Of a DNA stretch of 64,000 bases, positions 9,176 through 17,837 are shown in pieces; position 1 is the stretch's first letter; every line of letters starts with the position of its first letter. A program made the translations under genes and the position numbers. Source of the stretch: a virus; IMG/VR virus record IMGVR_UViG_3300032516_000005. One strand, written 5' to 3'. The notes below the pieces were generated by a model, which was not told where the DNA came from, ran no database searches, and saw only the letters and a program-made list of their open reading frames with translations.

Positions 9176-9657
9176 CACCGCTTCGTGGGCCACGTCGCGA
9201 TCCACTGCTTCTGCCGCTTGTGTCGTCCACGTAACGGCGGAAGCCAGACACCTGGCGGTGGCCCCTTACGCTCGTGGTAGATCGGCGGCGGCCCCATGTG
9301 TGAATGCCGGATCGGTGGCGGCGGCGGTGGCGGTTGTGTCGGTCGCCGTGCGCGTGTCCCGAAGCTTGTACGGCATGACTTCTTGAGCCGGCGGGTCTCA
9401 GTAGCGAACCAGTCGCGTGTATCCGCGCCGACGTCACGTCCCCGCGCCAACAAGTCCTGCACTTCATACAGGTGCAGCGCTGCATCTGGGCAACGCCCTT
9501 TGTCGAGCGCTGTACTCGCCTCGCGCAAGTGCTTGCGAATGTCGTAGAACCGCTTCGTTTCGGGTCCGATGTACAGCTCGGGGTCAGCGAACCGTTTGTG
9601 GCGCCGACCCAACATCACATCACCCTTGGTTCGCGCGGTCTTGTGCTTCGCCTTCAT
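9175..9657 (-). CDS. Basic, Pro-rich hypothetical protein
   Basis: AAAGG upstream; contains MLGRRHKR. Confidence 0.55.
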   Translation of the reverse strand: MKAKHKTARTKGDVMLGRRHKRFADPELYIGPETKRFYDIRKHLREASTALDKGRCPDAALHLYEVQDLLARGRDVGADTRDWFATETRRLKKSCRTSFGTRARRPTQPPPPPPPIRHSHMGPPPIYHERKGPPPGVWLPPLRGRHKRQKQWIATWPTKR

Positions 9658-9667
9658 GACGAACCTT

Positions 9668-9985
9668 TCACTTCGGAGGTTCAGCTGCAGGTGCAGTTGC
9701 GGTTGCGGTTGCAGTTGCCGGTGCGGCTGCCGGTGCGGCTGCCGGCGCGGCTGCCGGCGCGGCTGCCGGTGCAGGTGTAGTCGGCTCCGTGCTGGTGCTG
9801 GTGAACAGCCCGACCGCGCCCGTGATCGTCTTCCCGGTGGCGTAGATGCCGAAGACGTACAGGTTGAACTCCTTCCACGCGTCGATGGTCATGTGACCGA
9901 GCGCGGTGAGAACGGTTGACGCGATCGTGAGCACGAGCGCGAACAGGCCCCGTTCGCTCTTCCAGAGATCCGTGAGTGCACCCAT
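9668..9985 (-). CDS. Holin-like two-TM protein
   Basis: Two hydrophobic segments then a PAAA-repeat tail; first gene of the operon ending in the endolysin. Confidence 0.55.
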   Translation of the reverse strand: MGALTDLWKSERGLFALVLTIASTVLTALGHMTIDAWKEFNLYVFGIYATGKTITGAVGLFTSTSTEPTTPAPAAAPAAAPAAAPAAAPATATATATAPAAEPPK

Positions 9986-10000
9986 GCCAGACCCTATCAC

Positions 10001-10016
10001 GATCGCTGCTGAGATC
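10001..10016. promoter_or_regulatory. Operator-like palindrome variant (GATCGCTGCTGAGATC)
   Basis: Adjacent to TAGGGT-N5-ATG of the lysis operon. Confidence 0.6.
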
Positions 10017-10363
10017 GGACGTGTCGCAGTTACTTCCCAAACAGCCGTGCAAACCGATCAAGTATGCCGCTGCTCTGAACAGCCGTACCGAGATCGGCGG
10101 CGACACGCCGCCATGGCACGGTGGCAGCCTTCACGAGCACGCGTGGCACGACCGTCATCAGGTACGCGACTACGCGATCATCGGTCTGATTCACGATGGT
10201 CACGCGGTCCAAGGTCGCGTCACGAAGTAGGATGTCCCCGGCGTTCGGCGTCACCGCGACTGGCTGCTCGTGTGGACGTAGCGGTGGATCGATCACAAGC
10301 ACGATCGAACCACCCGGCTGTAGGAGCCCGGCCAGTGGCCGCCGCCAGGATGCCTTCCGACGC

Positions 10364-10849
10364 CTAGTTGCTGCCCTGCGCTTCGGTATCAACGTCGTCT
10401 TCGACGTCGTCTTCGGCGTCATCTTCGGCGTCGTCTTCGGCGTCGTCTTCGGCATCGTCCTCTCCATCATCATCGTCCAGGGCTTCGTCTTCCAGCTCGT
10501 CGTCGTCCTGCTCGTCGTCGTCCTGCTCCTCATCTGCGGTGTCCGCGCGCAGAGGCGCGCCAGCAGGCAAGGTAGGAGGCCGGGGTACGCCGTTCGCGGC
10601 AACCACCCGCAGGTCTGGCTTGGCAGGCTGGGCCGGGGGCTTGGTGCCCGGTTTGGGCCCCGGTTTGATCTCCGGCGTCACAATGTTGAGTTCGCGTGTA
10701 CGTTCCCTGAGGTAATTCGCGCTGATACCTAGGAGGGCAGCCGTTCCACGAACAGACTGGCCGTGTTCGAGTGCGAACTCGATGATGGACCGCTCCGCTT
10801 GGCGTAGCTGGACCCAGTACGGAGCGTCTTCGTCTCGCTTCTTCGGCAT
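10364..10849 (-). CDS. Fis-like HTH protein with long acidic tail
   Basis: AERSIIEFALE..QSVRGTAALLGISANYLRERTREL matches the HTH_8 pattern; C-terminal D/E repeats. Confidence 0.7.
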   Translation of the reverse strand: MPKKRDEDAPYWVQLRQAERSIIEFALEHGQSVRGTAALLGISANYLRERTRELNIVTPEIKPGPKPGTKPPAQPAKPDLRVVAANGVPRPPTLPAGAPLRADTADEEQDDDEQDDDELEDEALDDDDGEDDAEDDAEDDAEDDAEDDVEDDVDTEAQGSN

Positions 10850-11214
10850 TACATACCCCCCGCGGGTGGATCTACAGGCAGCATGGACGCGGTGACCCCG
10901 GGGTCATTGCTCCCAAGGTTCTGCAGTGCGCGGACGTGGAAATCACCCAGAATGGGCGTCCAGACGATAGATCCGAGCCCAACAACGATGGGCGTGACCC
11001 AAAACCGTCCGGATAGACCCAGAAACGGCAGGTCCTGGGTCCAACCGATCGCAAGAGCGACTGCAACCCCGTAAGCGAAGCCGCTACACGCTGCGCAAAG
11101 TGTATAGCGATCCAACCAATCGGGATACCGCGACCACAATGATTTCGTGATCATAGCCCGCGCGAACAGGTAGAACGCAGCCACGGTCAGCAGGGGATAG
11201 AGCAAGATCGTCAT
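10849..11214 (-). CDS. Membrane protein with CxxC (DUF1360-like)
   Basis: Three hydrophobic segments; TLCAACSGF. Confidence 0.55.
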   Translation of the reverse strand: MTILLYPLLTVAAFYLFARAMITKSLWSRYPDWLDRYTLCAACSGFAYGVAVALAIGWTQDLPFLGLSGRFWVTPIVVGLGSIVWTPILGDFHVRALQNLGSNDPGVTASMLPVDPPAGGM

Positions 11215-11228
11215 TTGCGCGCGAACTC

Positions 11229-11687
11229 CTAGACCTTCTCAGCGCGATCGTCCGCGATCTCGTGCAGCTCATCGCCCAGCTTGTCATCGTGTCCACTGGT
11301 TGCGATCGAATGTCCGACCACGCCGACCCAGCGATTACACAGGTATTCGGAATGGCAGAAATCACCCTCGGGACCGCCATCGGCTTTGGGCCGTGGACCC
11401 TTCATACAAAGGCCGGCAACGCCCGTGGCGATCATGCGGTCCATCTTGTGAAGGTCCTGAAGCCGCGCGTCCTGCATCTCGGCGGGGCTCCAGTTTGGGT
11501 TCTCCATGTCAGCGAGCCGTGCGATCGGCGCCGTTCCGAGGTAGTCGGTGATACGTGCCGCGCGATGGATGTTCCATTGCGCGTGCGAGGTGTCCCCGGT
11601 GTTGAACGCGGTGCAGTTACCGCAACGACGGGCACGCGTGAAGGTCCGCTCGGGCGCGCTGATCTGACTCATCTTGTGGTCGTACAC
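11229..11687 (-). CDS. Cys-rich hypothetical protein
   Basis: RCGNCTAF...GLC...CNRW; start may be 11672. Confidence 0.65.
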   Translation of the reverse strand: MYDHKMSQISAPERTFTRARRCGNCTAFNTGDTSHAQWNIHRAARITDYLGTAPIARLADMENPNWSPAEMQDARLQDLHKMDRMIATGVAGLCMKGPRPKADGGPEGDFCHSEYLCNRWVGVVGHSIATSGHDDKLGDELHEIADDRAEKV

Positions 11688-11705
11688 ATTGCCACGCGAA
11701 CCGTC

Positions 11706-11817
11706 AATCGCGGATGCGACTGAACCCGCGTTGACAACGTCGAATCACGCCCTTAGAGTGGCCCACGGTTCACCAGAGCAGTCACATCCGCGATCGAACT
11801 TGATCGCGTGAGCGATC
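11706..11817 (+). promoter_or_regulatory. Sigma70-like promoter with three operator-like sites
   Basis: TTGACA(11731)-N17-TAGAGT; GATCGCGTGAGCGATC at 11802-11817; variants at 11706-11721 and 11780-11795. Confidence 0.75.
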
Positions 11818-11835
11818 AACGTCGAGGGAGATTCC

Positions 11836-14331
11836 ATGGCCGCGCAGAAGGAAAAAGAGCAGCGCTTCGATCAGGGTAAGTTGCAGGGAATGCATGAGCC
11901 CCTGACCGTTCGAGTCGAAAAGATGCGCGGCAACGTGCGTCAACCGATCGAGCTGCCTTCCAAGGGAAGCGAACAGAACGGCTTCTCGCCACCCGGTTCG
12001 AACTGGACGCGTGACGAAGTGCTCGGGCTCGAAAACTTCATCCTCACGAAGTGGTCTGGCGGCGGCTACTACGAGTTCACGGTGACCGATGCAAAGGCCG
12101 ATCGCATGACCTGGCAGGGCGTATGGGACCCGCGGCTCTACCCCGAGCGCATCCCGCCCAACACTGCAGAGGCCGCTGTCGTGGGCGCTGCGCAGACCAC
12201 CACCCCGATCGCAGGGCCACAGCCCATGCCACCTGGTGTGCAGCCGTTCGGGAGTTCCATGCAGAACAACTGGCCACCGTCCGGTAACCAGCTCGGTTAC
12301 AACAACCCGCCGCATTCTGGTCCCGTGATGGGCATGATGCCGCAGGGGCAACCGCAACAGCAGCAGCCCAGCTATGCGCCACAGCCCGGCTATGCGCCAC
12401 AGCAGGCACCGATGCCGCAGGCACCGCAGGCACCGCCGATGTGGAACCCGCAGGCTCAATGGCAGGCCGGCTACGGGGCACAGCCCGGCTACGGGTCACA
12501 CCCCGGCTACGGGCCGTCCTATGGTGGGCGTTCACGGTTCATCGATGATGATCCACGCGAATCGCGCCGGACACGTGCCTTCGAGCGTGATCATCATGAT
12601 GACGACAAGGAGAAGCGTGAGCTGCGTGAGCGCGAGTTGGAGCAAAAGCTCCGGCAAGCCGAGCTGAGTTCCAAGGAGATGGAGTACAAGGCAACGCTCG
12701 ATCGGATCCAGCAGCAGCAGTCCACGCAGATTCAGCAGATGCAGCAGCAGCACGCCACGCAGATGCAGACGCTACAGGAAGAACTGCGCCGTATCGGTGA
12801 AGCCCGCAATAAGGGCGAGGATGACGAAGTTCGGCGTATGCGGGAGGAGTCTCAAAAGCACCGCGAGCACGCGCAGGCCGAAGTGCAACGTCTGCGTGAG
12901 CAGGCGCAGGCCGAGCAAGCCCTCCTGCAGCGCCAGCTGCAAGAGCAGCAGATCATGCAGATGCGGCAGGCTAGCGAGGCTCAGGTCGCAGCTATTCGTG
13001 AGCAGCTCTCACGGATGGCCGAAGCGCCGCGTGGCGAGAACGACGAGGTCCGTCAGCTACGCATGGAGCAGGAGCGTCAGCGTCAAGACACGGAGCGTGT
13101 CCGGCAGGAGACCGAGCGGCGCCTCGAAGCTGAGCGGCTCGATCGCGAGCGCGAGCGTGAGCGCTACGAGCGGGAACGGCGTGACGAGGTCTTCCAGCGC
13201 GAACTGCGTTCGCAAGAAGAGGCGCGGGCACGTCGCGACGAGATGATGCAACGTGACATGAAGGAGCAGCGCGAAGCGACCGAACGACGCATCGAACAGC
13301 TCGCGCAGAACAACCGCGCGAACGATCCGATGATCGATGCGATGAAGGAAAACGCACGTCTCAACGCCGAGCAAATGCGTGAGATCGCGCGGATGCAGAC
13401 CGATTCCACGAACCGGATGTCGCAGTTCATGGTCGCACCGATGCAGCTCGCGCAGATCATGAAGGAGAACTCGTCCGGTTCGGACGGGTTGATGCGGAAC
13501 GTCGTCGACTCCGTTAGCGGCATCGTGGGCATGTACAAGAACGCCGCCGAGACGATCATGCAGATGAGCGGTGGTGGGGGCGACCCGCCCGCGGCACGGC
13601 TGATTCAGGAAGGCATCGGACGGGCGAGTGAGGTCGCCGAGAAGTTCCTGGCCGTCAAGCGCGACCAGGTGATCTCGGAATCGAAGGTCAAGCAAGCTGA
13701 AGCAATGCGCGACCAGACGAAGATTCAGGCCGACGCGCATCTGCGTGCGACCCAGATGCAGACGCAAGCAGCCATGGCAACTGGCCGGCAGTGGAGCCCG
13801 CCACCGCCTGTCGCGAGCAGCAACAGCAACAGTGGGCTAGGTGGCGTGCAAGCGCACCCGAGCGCGAATGGGCAGCACCAGCAGGCCGCGCAGGCCACGC
13901 AGACTGCACAGGCCCCAGCTGCGAAGCCGAAACGGACCGGCATGATCGACGATCAGGTGCCCGATCCCGCGCAACCAAAACGGACCGGCATGATCGACGA
14001 TCAGGTGCCTGATCCTGCCCCGCCTCCGAACAGCACGGGGCCGAGCGAAGAGGAGGTCTTCGGTGTCGCGCTGGAGAGCGTTCTCCGGCTTCGACGCGGC
14101 GTGGCTGAAAACAAGTTGACACCCGACAAGGTGATCGACGCGATCCTGCAGGGTGTCGAGCACGTCGTGACGAACAACATCGTCATCCCCGCGTTCGTCC
14201 TGTTTCAACAGGAACGCTGGGCTGACTTCATCGACGTCATGCTACCCGAGGCGCCCCAGGACTTCCGTGCCGAGTGTGTGCGCATCATGATCGAAGAGGT
14301 CGAGGTCACCCCAGAAGGCGAATCTTCGTAG
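11836..14331 (+). CDS. Large Gln/Pro-rich coiled-coil protein (putative assembly/scaffold factor)
   Basis: 831 aa, GAGGGAG RBS, globular ends, long E/R/Q coiled coil, duplicated PKRTGMIDDQVPDPA. Confidence 0.8.
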   Translation: MAAQKEKEQRFDQGKLQGMHEPLTVRVEKMRGNVRQPIELPSKGSEQNGFSPPGSNWTRDEVLGLENFILTKWSGGGYYEFTVTDAKADRMTWQGVWDPRLYPERIPPNTAEAAVVGAAQTTTPIAGPQPMPPGVQPFGSSMQNNWPPSGNQLGYNNPPHSGPVMGMMPQGQPQQQQPSYAPQPGYAPQQAPMPQAPQAPPMWNPQAQWQAGYGAQPGYGSHPGYGPSYGGRSRFIDDDPRESRRTRAFERDHHDDDKEKRELRERELEQKLRQAELSSKEMEYKATLDRIQQQQSTQIQQMQQQHATQMQTLQEELRRIGEARNKGEDDEVRRMREESQKHREHAQAEVQRLREQAQAEQALLQRQLQEQQIMQMRQASEAQVAAIREQLSRMAEAPRGENDEVRQLRMEQERQRQDTERVRQETERRLEAERLDRERERERYERERRDEVFQRELRSQEEARARRDEMMQRDMKEQREATERRIEQLAQNNRANDPMIDAMKENARLNAEQMREIARMQTDSTNRMSQFMVAPMQLAQIMKENSSGSDGLMRNVVDSVSGIVGMYKNAAETIMQMSGGGGDPPAARLIQEGIGRASEVAEKFLAVKRDQVISESKVKQAEAMRDQTKIQADAHLRATQMQTQAAMATGRQWSPPPPVASSNSNSGLGGVQAHPSANGQHQQAAQATQTAQAPAAKPKRTGMIDDQVPDPAQPKRTGMIDDQVPDPAPPPNSTGPSEEEVFGVALESVLRLRRGVAENKLTPDKVIDAILQGVEHVVTNNIVIPAFVLFQQERWADFIDVMLPEAPQDFRAECVRIMIEEVEVTPEGESS

Positions 14332-14356
14332 CGACACGACTACGATCGCGCGTGAT

Positions 14357-14372
14357 GATCGCGCGCGCGATC
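14357..14372. promoter_or_regulatory. Operator-like palindrome GATCGCGCGCGCGATC
   Basis: Perfect palindrome just before TACGTT-N6-GTG. Confidence 0.8.
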
Positions 14373-14388
14373 GTGTTACGTTAGCTGC

Positions 14389-14802
14389 GTGAGTAACCAC
14401 TGTCCAACTGCGCCTTCCTCGGCTTCAGTGTGTGCAGTGTTCGACGGTGCGTCAGGCGCCTGGCCGAAGTTCATCGGTCACTGGTTCCTACGGGCAGTAC
14501 TGATCGTGCCAGGCCTGATCATCGGCGGCGTCCGTGACCGCAGGATCATCCCCGCTGCGCTCGCCAGCTCGACCATGGTGTCGCTGTTTCTGATGTTCTA
14601 CACGGCCGTCAGCCGCGGTAAGCACAGCGCCATGCAGATGAGCAGCCGCCGTCGTGTACGCGGTAACTTGCGCAGCGGCACACGACACACCGCTACGCAG
14701 CGTATGTCGCCCGCTGAACAGCGAATTTTGGGTTTGCGCAAGCGCGCAGCGCAGCGCCGCTTAGCGAAGCACGTAGGTCAGCGCAACTTCTCGAAGCGCT
14801 GA
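14389..14802 (+). CDS. Two-TM protein with Arg-rich tail
   Basis: N-terminal Cys pair, two hydrophobic helices, basic C-terminus. Confidence 0.65.
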   Translation: MSNHCPTAPSSASVCAVFDGASGAWPKFIGHWFLRAVLIVPGLIIGGVRDRRIIPAALASSTMVSLFLMFYTAVSRGKHSAMQMSSRRRVRGNLRSGTRHTATQRMSPAEQRILGLRKRAAQRRLAKHVGQRNFSKR

Positions 14803-15242
14803 ACCAGCTGCTCGAAGCGCGGGTTACTGAGCGCCAACGGCGAACGTGTCGCACGAATCTGATCGATGGCTTCGGTTGCGCTCATGTCATACGCGATTTG
14901 CATCGCCATCGCGGCGATCAATGCTGAACGGTTGATCCCCATTCGACAGGTCACAAGGACACGGGCGCCAGACTCCAGGTAGCGCGCGACGGTTCGGGCG
15001 TTCGAAATTACGAGCGCTGTGTCGCTTTCCGATAGCGGCCGCAGGAAATCGTCGTTGATCGGGACACGCAGGACTGTCTGTCCGGGGTACGCATAGCTCG
15101 GAGGTTGAAATTCCTTCGCACAGAGGATGATCACGTTGATCCAGTGGTAGCGGCCAGGCAGTGGCCGCGCGCCGACGAACAGATGCGGCGCCACGAGGTT
15201 GGCGTCGATGTTCGGGCTGCGCAGGGACCGCGTCACAACCAT
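14778..15242 (-). CDS. Dual-specificity protein phosphatase
   Basis: P.LFVG, PINDD acid loop, VLVTCRMGINRSA (CX5R), AIDQIRATR...LSNPRF. Confidence 0.88.
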   Translation of the reverse strand: MVVTRSLRSPNIDANLVAPHLFVGARPLPGRYHWINVIILCAKEFQPPSYAYPGQTVLRVPINDDFLRPLSESDTALVISNARTVARYLESGARVLVTCRMGINRSALIAAMAMQIAYDMSATEAIDQIRATRSPLALSNPRFEQLVQRFEKLR

Positions 15243-15269
15243 GACGCTATCGCACTGCGCGAACGCTGG

Positions 15270-15758
15270 CTACTCGTCGTCGTAGTCGTCGCCAAACATA
15301 CGATCGTTGTTGCACCGTTTCGATCCGCTCATGGCACTACGAACGGCGCCGATCACCGCGAGCGTCGCGACCACCGCGATCGAGATCGTCGAAATGGTCT
15401 GTAGGATGGTCTGTGTCCGCTCCAGCTTGAGTGATTCTGCATCCGTAGCTGCGTCGCCAAGCCCGTTGCGTGACGGCGCCGGCTGCATCGTCGGGTAGCT
15501 GCCGCCATCGACGGGGTTGCCGTAGTACCACCCCTGACGTACGGGAATGTACTGCAGGTCAACCGATGCCTCGAAGTCGTTCGGGACGTCGCCGAGCCCT
15601 GCGTACCCACGCGTGATTGCGCCGGGATCGAACGGCTGCCAGCGACCGTACGGGATGATGGTGTTGTTGCCGGCTGGCGCGTGGTCGCCCATCCCATTGA
15701 TGCTGCGTTGCATCTCGTTGACGGCGATGCCGAGCCCGTTGCGCGATGCGACCAACAT
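15270..15758 (-). CDS. Putative virion membrane protein with repeated G[LM]G motifs
   Basis: NGLG, NGMGD, AGLGD, NGLGD, MFGD; one C-terminal TM. Confidence 0.7.
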   Translation of the reverse strand: MLVASRNGLGIAVNEMQRSINGMGDHAPAGNNTIIPYGRWQPFDPGAITRGYAGLGDVPNDFEASVDLQYIPVRQGWYYGNPVDGGSYPTMQPAPSRNGLGDAATDAESLKLERTQTILQTISTISIAVVATLAVIGAVRSAMSGSKRCNNDRMFGDDYDDE

Positions 15759-16225
15759 TAGCGGTGCCGCCGGTTGCGAACGACGTTGTAGACGCCAATG
15801 CCGATACCCGCGACGACAGTAGTAACCGTCAGCGCGCCCATCGCTGTCTGCCAGAACGCCATGCGCTTGAGTGCCGCTGCTTGCGCCTGCTGCTGTGCGA
15901 GGATCAATTGCAGCGTCGCGTCCGCGTCACCGAAGCCGCCGCCACCGACCATTGACGCATCGTAGTGGTAACCCTCAGGGCTCTGGTAGCCACCTGGGTG
16001 TTGTGTGAGTCGAACGGTCGCCGTCCCCGGCAGACCATACGGACGGCCGGTCAGCCACGCGTCAGATTCGTTGACGATGCCGAGGCCACTGGCCTTGAGA
16101 TCTTCGAGCGATGCGTAGGGCATATAAAACCTCCGCTGCGCAGCGCCGAGCTGCATGGTCGTGGTTGATGGCGCGACACCCACGCGGGCCGCGAACTGGA
16201 CGGAGTCTTGGGTTGCCATCAGCAT
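15758..16225 (-). CDS. Putative virion membrane protein
   Basis: Start MLMATQ; QLGA, SGLG, GFGD; C-terminal TM plus RNRRHR. Confidence 0.7.
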   Translation of the reverse strand: MLMATQDSVQFAARVGVAPSTTTMQLGAAQRRFYMPYASLEDLKASGLGIVNESDAWLTGRPYGLPGTATVRLTQHPGGYQSPEGYHYDASMVGGGGFGDADATLQLILAQQQAQAAALKRMAFWQTAMGALTVTTVVAGIGIGVYNVVRNRRHR

Positions 16226-16245
16226 TGCGCCCAAACTCTATCACG

Positions 16246-16261
16246 GATCGCGTGCGCGATC
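16246..16261. promoter_or_regulatory. Operator-like palindrome GATCGCGTGCGCGATC
   Basis: Next to a minus-strand TAGAGT -10 box. Confidence 0.8.
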
Positions 16262-16263
16262 AG

Positions 16264-16380
16264 TTACGTGCGTCGACGGCGATACCTGGGAGCCGGCTTG
16301 TGAAAGCCCATCGCAACCATGATGCCCGCCGAGAGCAAGAGCCCCGCGACCCCGAGCCAGATACCTCCGCGTTCGCCCAC
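16264..16380 (-). CDS. Very small TM protein with basic tail
   Basis: MGERGGIWLGVAGLLLSAGIMVAMGFHKPAPRYRRRRT. Confidence 0.5.
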   Translation of the reverse strand: MGERGGIWLGVAGLLLSAGIMVAMGFHKPAPRYRRRRT

Positions 16381-16382
16381 GA

Positions 16383-17837
16383 CTACGCCGCCCGCCTGCG
16401 ACGAATGACCCAGTAGCTGCCACCACCGATGGCTGCCGCTACGCCAACGAACGTGAGCCACATGATCGGGTTGTTCGCACGGAAGAACTTGTCCTTTTCT
16501 TCGCCTGCAGGCGTCTCACCTTCACCGGGAAGTGCACGCGTCTCGGCAGTCTTGATGAAGTTGGCGGGAACCAGCGGCGTAACAGTGTCAGCTCCGAGCC
16601 CGCCGCAGTTACCGTAGAGACAACGGAACTGCTCGTCATCGTAACCGCGAAACCCGCTGTACGCAGCGAGTCCTGGACTCACCGTCGTCGGCGCCGTCCC
16701 GATCGGGCAGTAGATCGCGAAGACCTTGCGTGTCTTGTTGAACCGCGCGAGGCAACCCGCGTAACGCTTGCTTGCCGGCGGCGTGATCGTTCCGGGGAAC
16801 GGCAACGTCCCCGGTGGCGGTTCCAAACCGTACGTATGCGGCGGTACCTGCACTGGCTGGGCCTCGCGCTGCGCTTGATACTGCCCATTCGCGTCGATGT
16901 AGCCCGCTCCGTCTGGACACGTCTGCAGCGCCTGAACGTAGCGGCCACCTGGACATTGGTACGTCTGCGGCTGCGACGGCGGCTGCGACTGCGACGGCAG
17001 CTTCCCACCCTGTTGCAGACACGCGTTGTAACTGTCCCAGTAACTCGGCGACACCTGCGATCCAGGAGAGGGCTGTGGTGGCGGAACGCACTCTACTAAC
17101 TGCGCTTGCGGCTTCGGGCACGCACTGAGATCCGACACGCGCGTCCCATCAGGGCACACGTACATCGTCATGACAGTTGGAGGTGACGGCTGGCCTGGCG
17201 TTGGCGGTGCGGTTGTTGACGGCGTTGGCAACACGGTCGTTCCGCCCACGCGCAGCCGCTCCCAGTGACCGGCCATGAGCGCTGTTGCCGCCACCCACGT
17301 GACGTTGAGCCACTGCGCGATTGTCTGCGCGAACGTCATCGCATTCGTAGCGAGGTACTTGGGGTCCGGGGAGAAATCGAAGATCGCAAGCGATCCACCG
17401 ATGCCGCGCGACACGGGCATATACGCAGCCAACGTGCGCTTGTCGAGTTTCCCGTCGACGGTAATCGGTGCTGCGGCTGCGCCAGTCCGCGCGAGCTGCA
17501 CGTTTGCCATGTTGATCAGGTTCTGCAGCAACCTGAACACGAAATCTGCGGTGCCGGTACCTGTGCATGCATCGGTTGTGCACGTAAAGGACAGCGCAGA
17601 TACCGGCTGCTTCGTGAGTGCCGCAGGGTCGAACCGTAGTGGCATCAACGGCTTCGGGCACGCACTGAGATCCGACACGCGCGTCCCATCAGGGCACACG
17701 TACATCGTCATGACAGTTGGAGGTGACGGCGACTGCGGCTTCGGCGGCTGCGGTGGCTGCGGCGGTGGCTGCGTTGGCGCTGTGTCAGCAGTGACTGCGA
17801 ACGCACCAGCGCCGAATGATCTCGTCGTGAACAGCAT
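16383..17837 (-). CDS. Mosaic tail-anchored putative virion protein (family A)
   Basis: MLF..SFGA leader, Cys mini-domains, PGBD-like helix, GHWERLRVG, YAGCLARFN domain, GLGAD, C-terminal TM plus RRRR. Confidence 0.8.
   Translation of the reverse strand: MLFTTRSFGAGAFAVTADTAPTQPPPQPPQPPKPQSPSPPTVMTMYVCPDGTRVSDLSACPKPLMPLRFDPAALTKQPVSALSFTCTTDACTGTGTADFVFRLLQNLINMANVQLARTGAAAAPITVDGKLDKRTLAAYMPVSRGIGGSLAIFDFSPDPKYLATNAMTFAQTIAQWLNVTWVAATALMAGHWERLRVGGTTVLPTPSTTAPPTPGQPSPPTVMTMYVCPDGTRVSDLSACPKPQAQLVECVPPPQPSPGSQVSPSYWDSYNACLQQGGKLPSQSQPPSQPQTYQCPGGRYVQALQTCPDGAGYIDANGQYQAQREAQPVQVPPHTYGLEPPPGTLPFPGTITPPASKRYAGCLARFNKTRKVFAIYCPIGTAPTTVSPGLAAYSGFRGYDDEQFRCLYGNCGGLGADTVTPLVPANFIKTAETRALPGEGETPAGEEKDKFFRANNPIMWLTFVGVAAAIGGGSYWVIRRRRAA
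17109..17730. repeat. Exact 82-bp intragenic duplication
   Basis: 17109-17190 equals 17649-17730, encoding PSPPTVMTMYVCPDGTRVSDLSACPKP. Confidence 0.9.

Noticed and set aside
10030-10363. Possible extra minus-strand gene (...VLVIDPPLRP...RFARLFGK)
   Set aside because: Protein-like composition but no supported start; the ORF-track N-terminus is an alternative frame of the acidic tail; left uncalled
11836-14331. Tail tape-measure protein of a tailed phage
   Set aside because: No flanking tail tube, chaperone or baseplate genes, and composition is Q/E/R coiled coil rather than Ala/Gly-rich repeats
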